A stretch of 64,000 nucleotides of DNA from Anthoceros angustus (taxonomy: Eukaryota > Plantae > Anthocerotophyta). The stretch is taken from positions 186,001 through 250,000 of the forward strand of contig MU008159.1 of assembly GCA_010909165.1 (NCBI GenBank), written 5' to 3'. The number at the start of each line of letters is the position of its first letter. The stretch's first letter is position 1. The notes beneath the pieces are model-generated. The model was given only the letters and a program-made list of their open reading frames with translations, was not told the origin of the DNA and made no database searches. Shown piece after piece: positions 63,301 to 64,000 of the stretch. The translations under genes were made by a program, and so were the position numbers.

Positions 63301-64000
63301 CAGGCTCCCCTCTTTCAGCAGCAATGCGCTCAGCCACAGAAATGGCTGAAATTCGTCGTGGCTGTGTACATATTACCTTGCACGGCTTACCTTCAGACCA
63401 CATATGCTGAAGAATGAACTGAGGCACTTGAGTCGTCTTTCCACAGCCTGTTTCTCCAGCAATCAAGACAACCTGATGGTTATCCACAGCTGAAGTAATC
63501 GCATCCTCATATTGGGCAATTGGCAGCTGCGACCTGTCCTGCACTATCTGCTGCAACGCTGGTAGCCTTTTGATGCGATCTGCCAGAGATGCTACCTGTT
63601 TGGCAATGTCAGTGGCAGCAATTGGGGCCTGAACACGGACAGGCTTTCTGTGAGCAGGTCGAGAATTCTCAGTCCTCCTCACAGGTTTCAGTTCCTGATC
63701 TTCCTCTTCTGTTGGAGGGAACCGTGTAAAAAGCTCTGAAATGGCATCCTGTGTATTAGCTGACATGGAGAGCCGTGTTTCTTTTGTCTTCAGATTGTCC
63801 CCAGCGGACTTCGACACAGTAACACTTCGGTCCGCACCCTTGCCATAACTCTTGGACTTGAACCCCATCTTCTTGCAGAATTCATGCACCACTGCTCTGT
63901 CATGATTGCTCAAGTCACTCTCAAATTTCATCTCCATTGCTGGACTGGCTCTAAAATCCTCAAGCCGGTCCTCAATGTTAATGCGGTCCGACTCAGAAAC
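60344..64000 (-). CDS. DExH6: YTHDC2/DExH6 (HVT1/NIH)-type DExH RNA helicase, 5'-partial, intronless in window
   Basis: R3H (NHDRAVVHEFCKKMG), GETGCGKTTQ, TQPRRISA, DEIH, SAT, ankyrin insert GATALMFAAGKG, TNIAETAITIDD, QRGGRAGR, HA2 and OB-like regions, and an RGG-rich tail. The frame is open to the window end. Confidence 0.95.
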   Translation of the reverse strand, partial: VSESDRINIEDRLEDFRASPAMEMKFESDLSNHDRAVVHEFCKKMGFKSKSYGKGADRSVTVSKSAGDNLKTKETRLSMSANTQDAISELFTRFPPTEEEDQELKPVRRTENSRPAHRKPVRVQAPIAATDIAKQVASLADRIKRLPALQQIVQDRSQLPIAQYEDAITSAVDNHQVVLIAGETGCGKTTQVPQFILQHMWSEGKPCKVICTQPRRISAISVAERIAAERGEPVGTTVGYQIRLETKGGRHSSLMFQTNGVLLRKLVKYGGHSARNADADDDSEDGVDATHVIVDEIHERDRNADFLLIVLRDLLPVRPDLRLILMSATLDSDLFSRYFGGCPVITVPGFTYPVRTYYLEDVLSLLETPNATIDNVDDQAEDQLIVDQGDADDMDSAMAIAWLDGDFEELMNLVIECPRLCNYQHSHTGATALMFAAGKGHVDDISTLLSLGADMSITCEDGMTALDWANKHGQLEAAARLSSYKRNAEQKKFGSAQGPPSQEQMVLLSKYQSNTDQEEIDVALIERLLCHICRTSTDDGFGAILVFLPGWDDISRVMQQLATSSFFAAKAKYLILPMHSMVPSSEQKKVFKRPPPGVRKIVLATNIAETAITIDDVVFVIDSGRAKEKSYDPYTNVSTLQTTWISKASMRQRGGRAGRCRPGVCYHLVSRLRVDSMTEYQLPEIKRAPLEELCLQVKLMQPEGIISEFISKAIDPPLALAVQNAVILLQDIGALTGDEKLTDLGRQLGSLPVHPATSKMLLFSILMNCLDPALTIACAGGFRDPFVLPIAPWEKLRAAAAKREFAARFGGYSDHLAVVAAFEDWEAAKTAGREQQFCSENFVSGGTMAMLSGMRKQLQRELAQKGFVSSENHACSLNAGDPGIVRAVIAAGLYPMIGTLLPPVSGNQKVLVQTSRGQKVRIHPHSANFELNRKNQKEYQGALIAFDEITRGERQVYLKNSTLVKPHPVLMISTEMVVKPVQHSEEHVSLPNDGLAEEQDIDSEEDVKDRPDTDVERKQKQMMSRPENLVIVVLDRWLEFQATALEAAALFHLRKRMLAAIKHKIEQPRAPLPEMLAFSVYTVACLLSYDGVLDLQPGGQSQLATRQPQLRGSWAARNQPSASIRGNNSAGSTLRANGLGHGTSSGRPPQTPQRPERHVGGPESSQNGGGNNGFRGRGEVRQGGRGGTRQEGRGGPSNHSAGIIRGRDRKRPRRGGAG

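Overview
Land-plant nuclear genomic DNA with spliceosomal GT-AG introns of mostly 90-260 bp. A non-seed plant is my low-confidence guess. All splice sites and coordinates were derived by hand. (1) 1-1.8 kb: decayed Copia gag/protease relic plus tandem arrays. (2) 2.1-4.5 kb: L-type lectin receptor kinase with one in-frame TAG between ectodomain and transmembrane helix. (3) 5.6-50.4 kb: six apparently intact alpha-expansin (EXPA) genes plus one truncated duplicate. Three carry cationic low-complexity extensions between signal peptide and domain 1: two share a GHHxxGx heptad repeat and one has a ~93-aa, ~40% Lys tail. Two others share a shortened alpha-insertion loop. (4) 32.5-48 kb: AT-rich TE island separating the sixth expansin from the rest. 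It holds a 134-bp-TIR foldback element, a TSD-flanked Copia with non-canonical TA...TA LTRs, twin perfect palindromes, a Gypsy gag relic and a CRE-like non-LTR relic. (5) 50.8-64 kb: chloroplast SRP54 pseudogene fragment, intronless KANSL1/PEHE-like and CENP-O genes, a tandem pair of unrecognised ORFs sharing a ~110-aa domain, and an intronless YTHDC2/DExH6-type RNA helicase running off the window end. No rRNA, tRNA or CRISPR array was seen.
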